Below are positions 24,026 to 36,317 of a DNA stretch of 64,000 nucleotides, one piece after another (position 1 is the first letter of the stretch; every line of letters begins with the position of its first letter). Both the position numbers and the translations under genes were made by a program. This DNA comes from Octopus sinensis (taxonomy: Eukaryota). The notes beneath the pieces were generated by a model. That model saw only the letters and a program-made list of their open reading frames with translations, was not told the origin of the DNA and did not search any database. The stretch covers positions 80,166,001-80,230,000 of the forward strand of contig NC_043005.1 in NCBI RefSeq assembly GCF_006345805.1, read 5' to 3'.

Positions 24026-26696
24026 CACACACACACGCACGCAAATACACATGTCTATGTGCATTTGTATACACATTTTTGTGTATGAGCATCTTTGTGA
24101 ATTTGAGTGCGCGAATAGTTACGGATATTGAAATTTTAAAATGTTTGTAAAACAAAACACATGGTTTTTTTTTTTCTGCACATGCAAATTTTCAGATTAC
24201 ATTTTCACTGTAAGCAGAGTAAATCTCCAGCAGATGAGACTCGAAACTCCATCACTAATTCGGCTTAAGAGTTTCTATTGTTTTTGTTTCTTTGTTATTT
24301 TCTGCTTTGTCAAATTTTTTTTTATACATTTCTGCGCTCCGGTGCTTCTCTCCTGTTCTAAATAATACAAGCTCACTGTTAGTGTATTTACAAATCTAAC
24401 CTTGGTGAATGTTATCTGATAATGAAGTGTTGTGAAAGGTGTCCAACAGAATAATTGATCCCGTAAATATCTGCTTAAAATGATAACATTGTGCTTGTTG
24501 GAAACCATAATAATAGCAATTGTTTTTGTTCTGGATATAATTATTTTATGCGATAGTGACAACGATTTCTTAAGGTTGTGACAGCTATGATTACAGATTG
24601 CGAAACACCGTTCCTAAATTAAATATATCTCATACGGATTTAGATAAACAATTTAACAATTATACAGCGTACATAATCTGTAATTTCATTGGTGAGACAA
24701 TATACAATTAATTAAATGACATTATGCACCATATTTCGCTGTCTTCTACTGCTTTTTTTTTCTGCCTTCTTCACCCTAATTTTATTTTACGTTGGCTGCT
24801 GTTCCGTTTTGTTAACGCTTGTGAGTTTGTCCTATAATAATAACTGCGTGGCTATCTCCCTTCTTTTCTCTCCTTCTTCTCCCACAACCCAACCCTCCGA
24901 CTCTCGCTCTTGCGAAATAAAGACTGAAAGCTTTTTGTCAGACGTAGCAGATGGGTCAAATAAATACTAAGGAAAGAAAGAGGAAGATAAATAAACAAGA
25001 GAAAAGAAACAAAATTTATGTAAAATGCACAAAAGAGATAAGAAGCGAAACAGCAATTGATTGTTCCACTCAATCTAAGATTTAGTAAGCTGAAGACATA
25101 TACCATTGTGAATACTTCGAATGACATGGACAAAAAAATCAATCGAGCATAAATAGACAGCGACAACGTTTTTATGACTCAATGAATTACCATAAATAAA
25201 CATAAAGATTTCACAAAGGAATGAAAGAGCGACAAGATCAATATGAATGGTAAATGACAATCATCGTTCGACACTTAACAAAGGATTAAAATGCTCAAGA
25301 ATGGCCATAACATAAATAAATAAATTAATAAATAAATAAATAGACGAGATCAGGAAACTCCTTTGCATTCATTTGAAATTGGTTATCGTCCGATGCTAAT
25401 CTTGATCATAAGACGTATTTTCAATTGTGCCCTGGTAACACCGTAAATGATATCTATCGAAACAATGCGATGCGGAAGCCTCTGCGTGCCTGAATGACCT
25501 GATAGACATAACAGGCAACTCTCCCTCGTGTCTTAAGCCTAGCTATCGTTGGTTTGTTTAGTTTTAATAGTTACAGTGGCTGAGAAAAAAGTTGTGGTGG
25601 GCATATCTGGAACGTGTAATATAGAACTAAATGAATAAAGGCAAAGTTAGCAACAACGGATTATGAAAGAAGGCAGTATTAGATAATGTTATCTTAAGTA
25701 CATATGGAGGCAAACAACTAAATGATGAGACTGTCACGGCTGGAACGCATTTGATAAGTCTCATTAAAAAGTGGGGGTGTTTATCTGGGGTTAAGCAGCA
25801 ACGACAACGATAACAACAACAACAACAGCTACTAAATAAATGTAGAATGTTGAGGGGCGGGCTGTCAGTCTTAACAAAACAACAAAGCAATTCGTTTGAC
25901 AAAAATATTCTGAAGCCATTACGGCTTTGTTCAGAATTTTCGTTCCATCTTTCTCCCTTCTCGACCTTTTCTTTATATTTCATTGAAACCAATACGGTGT
26001 CACGTTTGTCTCAGCCGGTTTTGCTCACACACACTTCATAGTTTCCTCTTTCTTCTTTTTATAAATACATTTATTTTCCCTCTGTAACTCCATTTTCTAT
26101 AATCACATTCATATGACAATATATTATAATAACCCTTTTATAAATTAATGGGTTCTTTTTTATTGTATTTATTTGCTTTTTTTTATCTTATGATTTGCAA
26201 TGAAACTTTCCGTTCCTGAATCCCGAAATCTATTCAGTCTATTGTTGTGTAGTCCTGATTGTGCAGACCCGTGATCAAAAGATTTTTTCGCTTAGTACGC
26301 CCTTCTTTTATTCAGGCATAAAAAAATCTAGAACAACATTATCAAATCCTTCTTCCTTTTTCTGATACACCGAGTTTAATTTGACCACGTTTTGACATTT
26401 TCGAGAAAAAGCTGAATCCGTTATATTGACCATAATACTAGATTTACATTATTAGTGTCTGAAAGATAAATAATTATTACAAATTTAGCAAGATTTCACA
26501 AAGAAGGTAAATGGACACAGCTAAAGTGAGCAATACGTTTTGTCAGTCGCTCGACTCTTCGAGTGGTGTTCGCTTCTATTTCTATTCGACCCTCTAAATG
26601 CAGAGGTGCAGTAAATTCATGACAGGTTTTCGTTAAATTGTTACATTCTAACATGATGCTATTTCAGGCATATTTTATTTTGTATTTCACATGATA

Positions 26697-26880
26697 TTGA
26701 CGCGGGCGTTGGTGTGTAGTTATGAAGCTCGGTTTTCAACGACGTGGTATTGGGTTCAGCCCTACTGCGTAGTACTTCAAGCAGATGTCTTCTTGCGTGA
26801 CCCCGGGCTGACAATTGACATGGAGAGAGGTTCTAGAAAACGGAAACTATATAGAAGACTGTCTTATATGTGTATGTGTG
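26697..26880 (+). mobile_element. Old SINE family A 5' half
   Basis: GGCGTTGGTGTGTAG...GGGTTCAGCCCTACTGCGT...AAAACGGAAACT...AGAAGACTGTC. Confidence 0.6.
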
Positions 26881-27299
26881 CGCGTGTGTGTGAGTAGAAA
26901 AACAAAAGGAAAATGAAGAAAGCTTCTAACAATGCAGTAAATTTTACAAAAGACATTTATATTTCAAGCACAAAGGCTCATCATCAAGAGGAACCGAAGC
27001 CAGTACCAGGAACTTTATAAATGCTGGTACAAGCAACTCTTCAACCGTTGATCATTGTAACATATTTCCACGTGATGGTTGTGGTGGTGGAAGATGGAGC
27101 TAGTGGTATGTGTTATGATGCTGGTTGCAGTCACCGCGATATTTTCATAGAAGCCAACGGCCCATCTCCGATTGACTATTAGTTTTCAAGTTGAGACAGT
27201 GTGTCAATATAGCTTCATTGATAAGAAGATATCCAGTGTTCCATCTGTTTGGTGATGGCGCCGCATTTCGTCACGTGCATGCACACACACACGCACGCA

Positions 27300-27331
<32 letters not shown>

Positions 27332-27557
27332 TGATAATTATAGAGCCGATGCGAAAGCCTCTGAGTGCTTGAATGATCTGAAAAAATAAATGTTAAGTGT
27401 CCCTCTATCGTAAGCTCAGCTATCGTTGGTTTGCGTAGTTTGAAAAGTTACAGTGGCAGAAAATAGACATGGTGGGCATTAATGGAACGTCTAATATAGA
27501 ACTAAATAATAAAAACAGTGGCAACAACAACAAAAAATATATACATATGTGTATATA

Positions 27558-27752
27558 CAAGCAGTTGCTAATAGGTCCTTGACTTTAATGGGGTCGTGAA
27601 AGGACTGGTTGGAGGACCAAACTTCTCAATTCTTTTATGGAGCTTAAAAAAACTGTGCAAATATAAGACGGAAATATGTTGAAATAAATCATAATTAACT
27701 GATCCTCCTGCATTTTCTTTTACCGAAAGCCAGGTACTTTTCAGCATCCCCT
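27558..27752 (+). mobile_element. Degenerate copy of the 14770 mariner MITE
   Basis: Shares GTTGGAGG.CCAA.CTTCT, AAATCATAATTAAC.GATCCTCC and the 3' TIR CCAGG.ACTTTTCAGCA.CCC; TA flanks. Confidence 0.75.
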
Positions 27753-27842
27753 TATATATGTATGTGTATATATATTTATATATAAATTCCCAGTAATTAA
27801 TCAGATAGATTTTGATACTTCAAGTTGAAAATAATTACCATA

Positions 27843-28246
27843 GTGCAGGAGTGGCTGTGTGGTAAGTAGCTTGCTTACCAACCACAAGGTTCTGGGTTCA
27901 GTCCAACTGCGTGGTACCTAGGGCAAGTGTCTTCTAATATAGTCACGGGCCGACCAAAGCCTTGTGAGTGCATTTGGTAGACGGAAACTGAAAGAAGCCC
28001 GTCGTATATATGTAAATGTATATGTATGTGTGTGTGTTTGTGTGTCTGTATTTTCCCCCAACATTGCTTGACAACCGATACTGGTCTCTTAACGTCCCCG
28101 TGACTTAGCGATTCGGCAAAAGAGACCGATAGAATACGTACTAGGCTTACAAAGTATAAGTCTTCGGTTCGATTTGCTCGACTAAATGCAGTGCTACAGC
28201 TTGGCCTCAGTCAAATGGTTGAAACAAGTAAAGGAGTAAAAGAGTA
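27843..28246 (+). mobile_element. Full-length SINE family A
   Basis: tRNA-like head (TGGCTGTGTGG; GGGTTCAGTCC), central microsatellite, tail GAAACAAGTAAA(G/A)GAGTA. Confidence 0.92.
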
Positions 28247-29149
28247 TAGTTGAATTTTGGTTTGTATATTTGCAAATATTTCCTCCTCCCATCGTTTTTA
28301 AAATGTAGTAGGAAACGCTAAAAGCATTCCTCTGACTGTACGAGATGTGGAGTATCAGATACTTTTAGTGGCTGTCAATTTTATCCAATTACGGTAGGAG
28401 GGAGCAATAGCTTAAGAACGAAGTCTTGAAGAAGGCGACCAGGTTCAGCATAATTGCCACACTGACCTAATTCATCCCTCTTTCTTTTCCTGTTTTTATG
28501 TCGTAGTTGATTTCTTTCGGTCCTGCGGAAGATGGCATTGTACTGGTGGTTGATTATATTCTCAGTCGATCAATCGATCGATCGATAAAACTGAATCATG
28601 AATACATCCAAATGTGTATTTGAAACAGTTGTAATATTACAATAAACTAGGCTATCATTGACCCGTTGGGTCCCTGACGGTTCAATCTGTAAGTTAATTA
28701 ATAAAAGTTAATTTTATGATGATTCAGTTAAATATTTCAATTCCTCCGTGTCATCATAGATCTGGTTTACAAGTTCATGCTTAAAGTTTTATTGATTATT
28801 TACAGCACCTAAAAAGAAATTGAACTCTCCGGGAAAAACATGAACTCCAATAACAGCATTTATTTGTGTCCTATGTGCACATTTCTACAAAAATGAAAAA
28901 GAGAACTGTTATATAACGTAAACATAAAATTAATGGAAACAATTTTCACAATATTGCATGTTCCCATTTTAGGATCATGTTACTTTCGTTGTATTTTTCC
29001 ATTATGCGCCGTTTTGATCATTTATGAATTTATCCCAAAACACCGTGTATCTTAGGAATCCGTCGTCCGATTTATGCAAAACTATTTCATTCCGTTTGTA
29101 TTCTCATTTCAAGGGTGAAGCTGATCTTTTCAGAGATCCCAATCACATT

Positions 29150-29276
29150 GTTCCGGTTTCAGTTCCATTGCGTTGTACCTTGGGCGAGTGTTTTCTACTA
29201 TAGCCTTGTGAGCAGCTTTGGCAGACGGTAACTGAAAGAAGCCCATCATACATACATACATACATACATACATACA

Positions 29277-29307
<31 letters not shown>

Positions 29308-29550
29308 TTATATATGTATATATGTATGTATATTTGTGCGTGTATTTATGTGTTTGTCCCCCTATCATTGCTTGACAACCGATGTTGGTGTGTTTACGTC
29401 CCCGTAACTTAGCAGTTCTGCAAAAAAAGCCAGATAATATAAGTACTAGGCTTACAAAGAATATGTCTTGGTGTTGACTTCTTCGACTAAAAAAAAGGCG
29501 GTGCTCTAGCATGGCTGCAATCAAATACCTGAAACAAGTAAAATAATAAA
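29150..29550 (+). mobile_element. 5'-truncated SINE family A with internal (TACA)n
   Basis: GGGCGAGTGTTTTCTACTATAGCC...ACTGAAAGAAGCCC...AGGCGGTGCTCTAGCATGG. Confidence 0.85.
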
Positions 29551-29649
29551 CGAATGGAGAATCCGATGAGAATCCTCCAACTAAGACGTCTTGTGGATTT
29601 TATTACAAAATGCTGAAAGGGTTGATTTGATAAAGGACTAATCAAAGTG

Positions 29650-30841
29650 ACTTGCAGGTTTCTGTTATGATTCTGAATTCAGAGTTCAAATATTGTTGAG
29701 GAGATCTTTGTATTTCCCCCATCGCAGATCGATAAAAATAAAATAAAAGTCAATACTAGCCAATTATTTATGTCAATGTAATCGTTCAAAAGCTATCACC
29801 CTTCTTTTTACTTCAATATCAAAAAGCATTAAGGGCGGCGAGGTGGCAGAAACGTTATGAATATTAAAATTTAAAGCGGAGAGCTGGTAGAGTGGTTAGC
29901 ACGCCGGACAAAGCACTTCGTCTCATTTCGTTCGTCTTTACATTCTGGTTTCAAATTTTGTCTTTTATCATTTCGGGTCGAAAAAATATGCATCTGTTGA
30001 GCAATGGGGGGGGGGGTGAGATCGATGTAATTGACTACCCACAACTCTTGATCTTGCTAGCCTTGTTTCGAAATTTATAACCATTATAAATTTAAAAAGT
30101 TAAGATAGCGAGCAGGCAGAATCGTTAACATGTCTGGCAAAATACTTAGCAAATATTTTGTCTGTTTCCATGTTCAGAGTTGAATTTCCACTCGAGTTCG
30201 ACTTTGTCTTTCATTCTCTTCAGCTTCAATATCATATGTAGTACTTGACCACTGCAGTCGATGTAATTAACCTGCACCCACTCGAAAATTGCTGGTTTTG
30301 TAGCAAATTTTGAAGCCATTAGTTACAATCGGTGAGCACGCCGGGAAGAATGCTTAGCGGCATTTCGTTTGTCTTTGTTTTCTGAGTTCAAATTACTCCG
30401 AAGTCGACTTTACCTTTTATCTCTTCGGGGGATCAGTCGAGCACTGGATCCGATGTTATCGACTTACTCATCCCTTCAAAACTGCTGGCTTTGGGCTACA
30501 GCCGCAAACATCTTTTCTGCAAAACAGGGGTAGCTTATCCTGTTCAGGCTATATTATTACCATTATCTTGCATTTGAGAATTTAAAATATTTTATTGTGG
30601 TAAAAGAGGCTGCAGAAACCCGAGCTACATGTATTGCGGTGTTCAGTTACATCTCTTTACGTTGTTACGTTGTAAGGCAATCTGTCTCCAGGGTCGAGAC
30701 AAAACGTAGCTGTAATACACTGAGGTCAAGTCAATAAATTGAACTGCTGCCTTGCAAATCTATTGCTTTCTGTTAACGTAAGAAATTTACATAATTACAG
30801 AAAATATATTTTTACATCTTAATTATAAACGTGAATATCAT
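29650..30841 (-). repeat. Arm 2 of the inverted segmental duplication (plus-strand SINE B array plus non-SINE block)
   Basis: Reverse complement of 20710-22440 with internal deletions. Confidence 0.9.
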
Positions 30842-30879
30842 CAATAATTATAAGCGCATCTATAGGGCTCTTGGGTGTG

Positions 30880-31155
30880 CCAATGCTGGAGCCTGGCTCT
30901 CTGTCGATCACATCAACGAGAGTTCGATCAGCTTAACAGCCTTCTCGTGAAATTAACGTAACGTTAACATAGTTCTCAGGGAGATCCAGCGTGACACATT
31001 ATGTGACATGGTCAGGCTTTTGTTTTACGGGTGGATGGACTAGAGCAACGCGAAATAAGGTGTCTTGCTCAGAGGCACACAGCGCTGGCGGGAATCGAAC
31101 TCACGACCTTACGATCGTGACCCGAATACCCTAGACCTTAGACCACGCGCCTTCC
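30880..31155 (-). mobile_element. tRNA-derived SINE, family D
   Basis: Minus-strand head GAAGGCGCGTGGTC...GGTCGTGAGTTCGATTCCC; tail shared with the 35632 element (CTCGTGAAATTAACGT...AGCGTGACACA). Confidence 0.75.
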
Positions 31156-31157
31156 CT

Positions 31158-31332
<175 letters not shown>

Positions 31333-31389
31333 TGTGGTGGTGTGTGTGTGTGTGTGTATGTACAGTAGTACCTCGGTTAACGAGTGCTT

Positions 31390-32880
31390 TGATTTTTTAT
31401 TGCCCAATGGTGGGGAACACAGATGGGACAACACATTACAAGTGGGGACACAAAACAAGAGAAAAAAAAGAACAACGCAACGTGTGAGAACATGAAATGA
31501 CAATGAAAATGAAAAGGATGCAACGAAGCTACTTGGCCCCACCTCCGAGAAACTTCATTTCTTCCTTTAATTCCTTTTGAATCCTGTTCCCTTCTAAATA
31601 CCTATCCCATAATTCTCCAACAGGTCGTCATAAGTTACAAAGCATGGCAGCATATTTCTATCCATCTCCATTTCCCACATCCAATATCTACCTTTGTATT
31701 TTGACGTTTTTTTTGTTGTTCCTCTCAAAGCAACATGCAACCGAGCCAACACTTAATGATATCGAATCCCCTTGTTTCTACATTTTAGGATCTTTCCAAG
31801 TTATTACCTCACTGCACAAATCGTCATTAGCATTGTCATACATTAAGACTGTACATTTTTTGTCTTGGAGGAAGGGAGTTTGGGGTTTTGTATGTGCTAA
31901 CGTTTCCTTTTTCTTGTTTTTGAGTCGGAGGGAAAGGGTAGGTTTGGTGTCTATGGGAAGAGAGTGAGACTGAGGTGTGAGTGGGGTTGATGCGATTTGG
32001 AGGTTCAAATCTATAACATGCCTTCTTCCTTTTTCTTTGCTTATTGTTTTCCGCAAACGTCCATGACTCGACGTCCTCCTTCATTTCTTCTCTTGGTAAT
32101 TGCTTCTCCGTTTTTACTGGTTTTCTCCTGGTTCTTTTTCTCCTGGTTCTTCACGGTTGATGAAGGGCAGTCCGTTTTGAGGTGGCCTACTGTAACCCTC
32201 TCCACCATCTTTTCCAGGCTCTCCACCGATCCCTGTATTATTAAATCCAAAGTTTGGCCTTCCCAATTTAATGCTTCTGACTTAGTGACCTGGAGGACTA
32301 CTATCTTATTATCGTTACCCAGGAGTATAGTAGCCGCCTCACAGGCCACGTCGATTTCGGGTGGAATCCCCTCCACCCTCACACTGGAAACTCTCCCTCC
32401 GAGGTATGTGGGTAAAAATACCACATTTTCCGTTCTTTGCGGGGTTGTTGGGTATTGTTTCGTCTCAGTTGCTTCTACGAGGTGAATCTCCACTGTGCCG
32501 AATCCGTTTCCTCTGGAAAGATATATAATATCTTGCCAGATTGCTTTCAGGCCTCTTCTATTTTGTCTGTCGACATTGTTTCAATTTTTCTCTCTTCAAT
32601 TGAATATACTTTATAAGTAATTGCTTTCTCCTGCATTCGTTTCATGATATCTTGAGGTTTGACAACTTTACATCGCCACCTTCTGTGTGTAACATCTCAT
32701 ATTTCTTTAAACTTTGTTAAATTTTCCTCCTTGTTCTCTACTTCCGTAACTCTTATTGTCCATTTTTAAAATCAGTTTTCTCTATTGCTTTTACGAGGTC
32801 CTCTTCCGAAGAAGACAGCCCCGAAGAGCTATAATCCTCGTATAACCTCATTGGCAACGAGGTGCTTCAAGGCAGCAAAA
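31390..32880 (-). mobile_element. Putative non-autonomous retroelement with a decayed ORF1/gag-like frame and no detectable RT
   Basis: IWQDIIYLSRGNGFGTVEI...FLPTYLGGRVSSVRVEGIPPEID...GHLKTDCP (H-X4-C half of a zinc knuckle); basic K/Q-rich tail; minus-strand AATAAA near 31400. Confidence 0.5.
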
Positions 32881-33740
32881 AAACAGTTCATGAAATTATT
32901 CAAATGAACGCTAACACAAATTTTTCAACGATAAACTACAATTCTTAACTTACAAATGACAACTTCGTTAAACCGATTTTCGAACATCGCTGATCATGAA
33001 TAAATCGTGCTTCATATATATATATATATATATATAAAGCATGATTTATTCCTGATCAGAGTTCTTCGAAAACCGAGCTACGACTGTACGTATACATTGT
33101 GGGTGAGTGCGTGCGTATACACATACATATACAACGCAGGAGCACACATACGAATAAGCCTATTTTCCTAGATGAGAGAGAGAGAGGGGGAGAGGGAGAG
33201 GTAGAGGAAGAGAGAGAAAAGCAGTCAGACAGTCTGGCAGCCAGACAGACAGGACAAAGGACATTCAGAATTTGGCAGAAAGAATTGTAATAGAACGCTG
33301 ATAGCGAATATGGACGGAATGCATCATGGCGACAGAAAACAGTCATAGTCACTGCACAAAAACTAGATTGCCTTCGCTGGTGTGACATATGGATCAGATA
33401 AAATTGACAAGAATTTGTCTTTTTATGATAATTGATAGCAAGGATTAGGTCTGAGAACAGGTATTTAAACTAAAATAATGACAGCGTGAAAGACACATAA
33501 TGGACATAATAAACGCATAGAAATTTTTAATTTTACCAAATAATCAATACTTAATGAACATAATAGTTTTTATACCTTTTTGATTGGCTAATAAGTATCT
33601 TCTGACTTGTAATTGTGATAATCATGTATCTAACTTCATTTTTCTCTATCCATGTCACTGAACACTTCCTGTTTCATTCTAGTAGCTCATTTGCATATTA
33701 TGCAAATAAATTTTTAACGATATACCTTGTGATATATATA

Positions 33741-33769
<29 letters not shown>

Positions 33770-33773
<4 letters not shown>

Positions 33774-33965
33774 AAGTTAATCCAAACAAGAAAACACACA
33801 AAAAAGAGAAAAAAAGAGAAAAAAACACAGCAACGCAGGACGTGGAACAATTAAAGTATTATTGACGCTCAGGAAAGGAGGGAAGGAGGGTTTAACGTTT
33901 CGAGCGGAGCTCTTCGTCGGAAACAAGGAGAAGGAAAGGTCCCAAGGAGGGAAGACAGAGGAGAA
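33770..33965 (-). mobile_element. Penelope-like element terminal fragment (same family as 46265-46465)
   Basis: Reverse-complement similarity to 46265-46465 over about 190 bp; GAAGAGCTCCGCTCGAAACGTT motif; ends in (TA)n. Confidence 0.7.
33890..33924 (-). ncRNA. Minimal type-I hammerhead-ribozyme-like motif (core CCGACGA)
   Basis: GUUU-CCGACGA-A-GAGC(UCC)GCUC-GAAAC-GUU-AAAC: stem I 4 bp, stem II 4 bp, palindromic AACGUU at stem III. Confidence 0.55.
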
Positions 33966-34065
33966 TATATTTGAGCTGGTGGTGCTTAAGAGATCACATG
34001 TTGAAAGAACAGAATTTGGAGGTAGTTGAAATATGATATATATATATATATATAAGGCGAGCTGG

Positions 34066-34275
34066 CAGAAACGTTAGCACGCCGGACGAAATGCGTAGTC
34101 GTATTTCGTGTGCCGTTACTTTCTCAGTTCAAATTCCGCCGAGGTCAACTTTGCCTTTCATTTTTACGGGGTCGATAAATTAAGTACCAGTTACGCCCTG
34201 GAGTCGATATAATCGACTTAATCCGTCTGTCTGTCCTTGTTTGTCCCCTCCGTGTGTAGCGCCTTTTGGGTAGTA
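34066..34275 (+). mobile_element. SINE family B copy followed by an inverted family D head (34278-34335)
   Basis: AAGGCGAGCTGGCAGAAACGTTAGCACGCCGG...TTTGCCTTTCA...GTCGATAAATTAAGTACCAG. Confidence 0.88.
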
Positions 34276-34332
34276 AACTCACGACCTTACGATCATGAGC
34301 CGAATGCCCCTGGCCACTAAGCCACGCGCCTT

Positions 34333-34366
<34 letters not shown>

Positions 34367-34369
34367 CAC

Positions 34370-34409
<40 letters not shown>

Positions 34410-34606
34410 ATTTAAAAATGCTGCAGAATCATCACAGAAAACTGTCCCTGGGTTTCACGTTCGTGTTCGTCAGAGAGTTGTGATCAAGACTTTTGATGTT
34501 TTTTGTGACGTCTTTGCAGCTTTAATAAGAAAAGAAGCATATTACACTACCTTCGGTATTCGAGTACTACATTTTCCCACCTTGTTTCGTATTTATGTTC
34601 TTACTC

Positions 34607-34681
<75 letters not shown>

Positions 34682-34682
<1 letters not shown>

Positions 34683-35079
34683 TAGAAGTATCGCCCGGCG
34701 TTGCTCGGGTTTGTAAGGGAAATAACTATATAAGCATTTTTAGAGAGTTATAGCCAAAAAATAACAAAAAAATGCATTAAAAATGGAAAAAAATTATGGT
34801 AAATTTTTTTTTAAATCGTTGACTCATCGTAGACATTTTTAGAGAGTTACTTCCCTGATATAATAGCGAAAAAATGCATTAAAATGGAAAAAATGATGGT
34901 AATTTTTTTTTTAAATCGTAGACTCATCGTAGAAGCGCGCTAATCCCCAGAAGGGTCGATATCAATCACGACTATAAGATACCCGGTTTTGGTTAAACTG
35001 CACCGCAAAATGTGGGAGTATTTAGGAATCTAAATTGTAGGAGATAGACACTCACACAACTTCACTTTTATATATAAAG

Positions 35080-35080
<1 letters not shown>
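34682..35080 (-). mobile_element. Non-autonomous Helitron-type element 1
   Basis: On the minus strand: 5' TC(TTTATATATAAAAG), subterminal hairpin CCCGAGCAACGCCGGG, 3' CTAG, inserted between A and T. Confidence 0.78.
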
Positions 35081-35110
<30 letters not shown>

Positions 35111-35246
35111 CTTTTATATTTTGCAAAGGATTGCAGCCAGGTGATTTCATTGTACGGCAAATCATCAGTGGGAAGTGTCCCTGTCAACGCATGCCAGTCA
35201 AATCTCAAGGTGATTTGCAATGGTTACTAATCTCTTTAGTACAAAA

Positions 35247-35629
35247 CTAGCAGTATCGCCCGGCGTTGCTCAGGTTTGTAAGGGAAATAACCATAAAGCA
35301 TTTTTAGAGAGTTATAGCCAAAAAATAGCAAAAAAATGGAAAAAAAATGATGGTAAATTTTTTTGAGAGATAAAAAAGGTGGAGTTGCGTCCCCTAGACG
35401 GTCTGTGGTTTGGGTTTCTGATTCTCGACCCCATGTCGAATTTATCGATTTTTTTCAGAACTGGGGGAACTTTTCAAAATTTTCGCTGCGTTAGTTTTGA
35501 ATTATGACATTGGGCTATGTGTGTGTCAAGTTTCATCAGAATCGGTTGAAAGCCGTGGTCAGAGTGAGGGTACGAGAAAACAGACACACAGAAAACGCAC
35601 AGACAAACTGCCGTTTATATAGAGAGAGA
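35247..35629 (-). mobile_element. Non-autonomous Helitron-type element 2
   Basis: 5' TC(TCTCTCTATATAAA), hairpin CCTGAGCAACGCCGGG, 3' CTAG, A|T site. Confidence 0.78.
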
Positions 35630-35631
35630 TA

Positions 35632-35990
35632 CTATCACGGCACTCTGTCGGTTTCGACGACGAGTGTTCCAGCTGACCAATCAACGGAACAGCCTGGTCG
35701 TGAAATTAACGTGCAAGTGACTTAGCGTAGTTCTCGGGGGGGATTCTGCGTGACACAGAGTGGGACAAGGTTTGCCCTTTGAAATACAGGTACACCAGAA
35801 ACAAGAAGAAAGAGTGAGAGAAGGTTATGGTAAAAGAATACAGCAGTGTTCGCCGCCACCCCCGCTGGATCTTCGTGAATCTTTAAGTGTTTTCGCTCAA
35901 TAAACACTCACAACGCCCTGTCTGGGAATCGAAACAGCGATTCTATGACCTCGAGTTCGCTGCCATAACCACTGGGCCATTGCACCTCCA
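35632..35990 (-). mobile_element. tRNA-derived SINE with family C head/body and family D-type tail
   Basis: Head GTGGAGGTGCAATGGCCCAGTGG...GTTTCGATTCCCAGAC as at 60004; tail as at 30880. Confidence 0.78.
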
Positions 35991-36317
35991 CTACACAATA
36001 CTAATATCCATATATCCTCCACAGAGATTAAGTTACGCATATTTTGCTTGTATCATCAATTACAAAAGTATATTCTTAACCCCGAGTCAAGTAGGGTGTA
36101 ATACTATGTAAAGGCTGAAAGAAGAGTAGACAGTTGTGATTTTTATACTATCGCGGTTTGTTGAAGGCGGTAAACTGGCAGAATCTTCAGTAGATCGGAC
36201 AAAAATGCTTCGAGGCATTTCTTTCACTTTTTTACGTTCTGGGTTCAAAACCCACCTAGGTCAGTTTTGCCTTTCATCTCTTTTGTGTCGATAAAATAAT
36301 TCATCAATCATGTACTA

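Noticed and set aside
20710-30841. Single 10-kb foldback or long-TIR transposon
   Set aside because: No TSD at the outer boundaries, no transposase inside, and the arms consist of host-like DNA plus old SINEs; segmental duplication is simpler.
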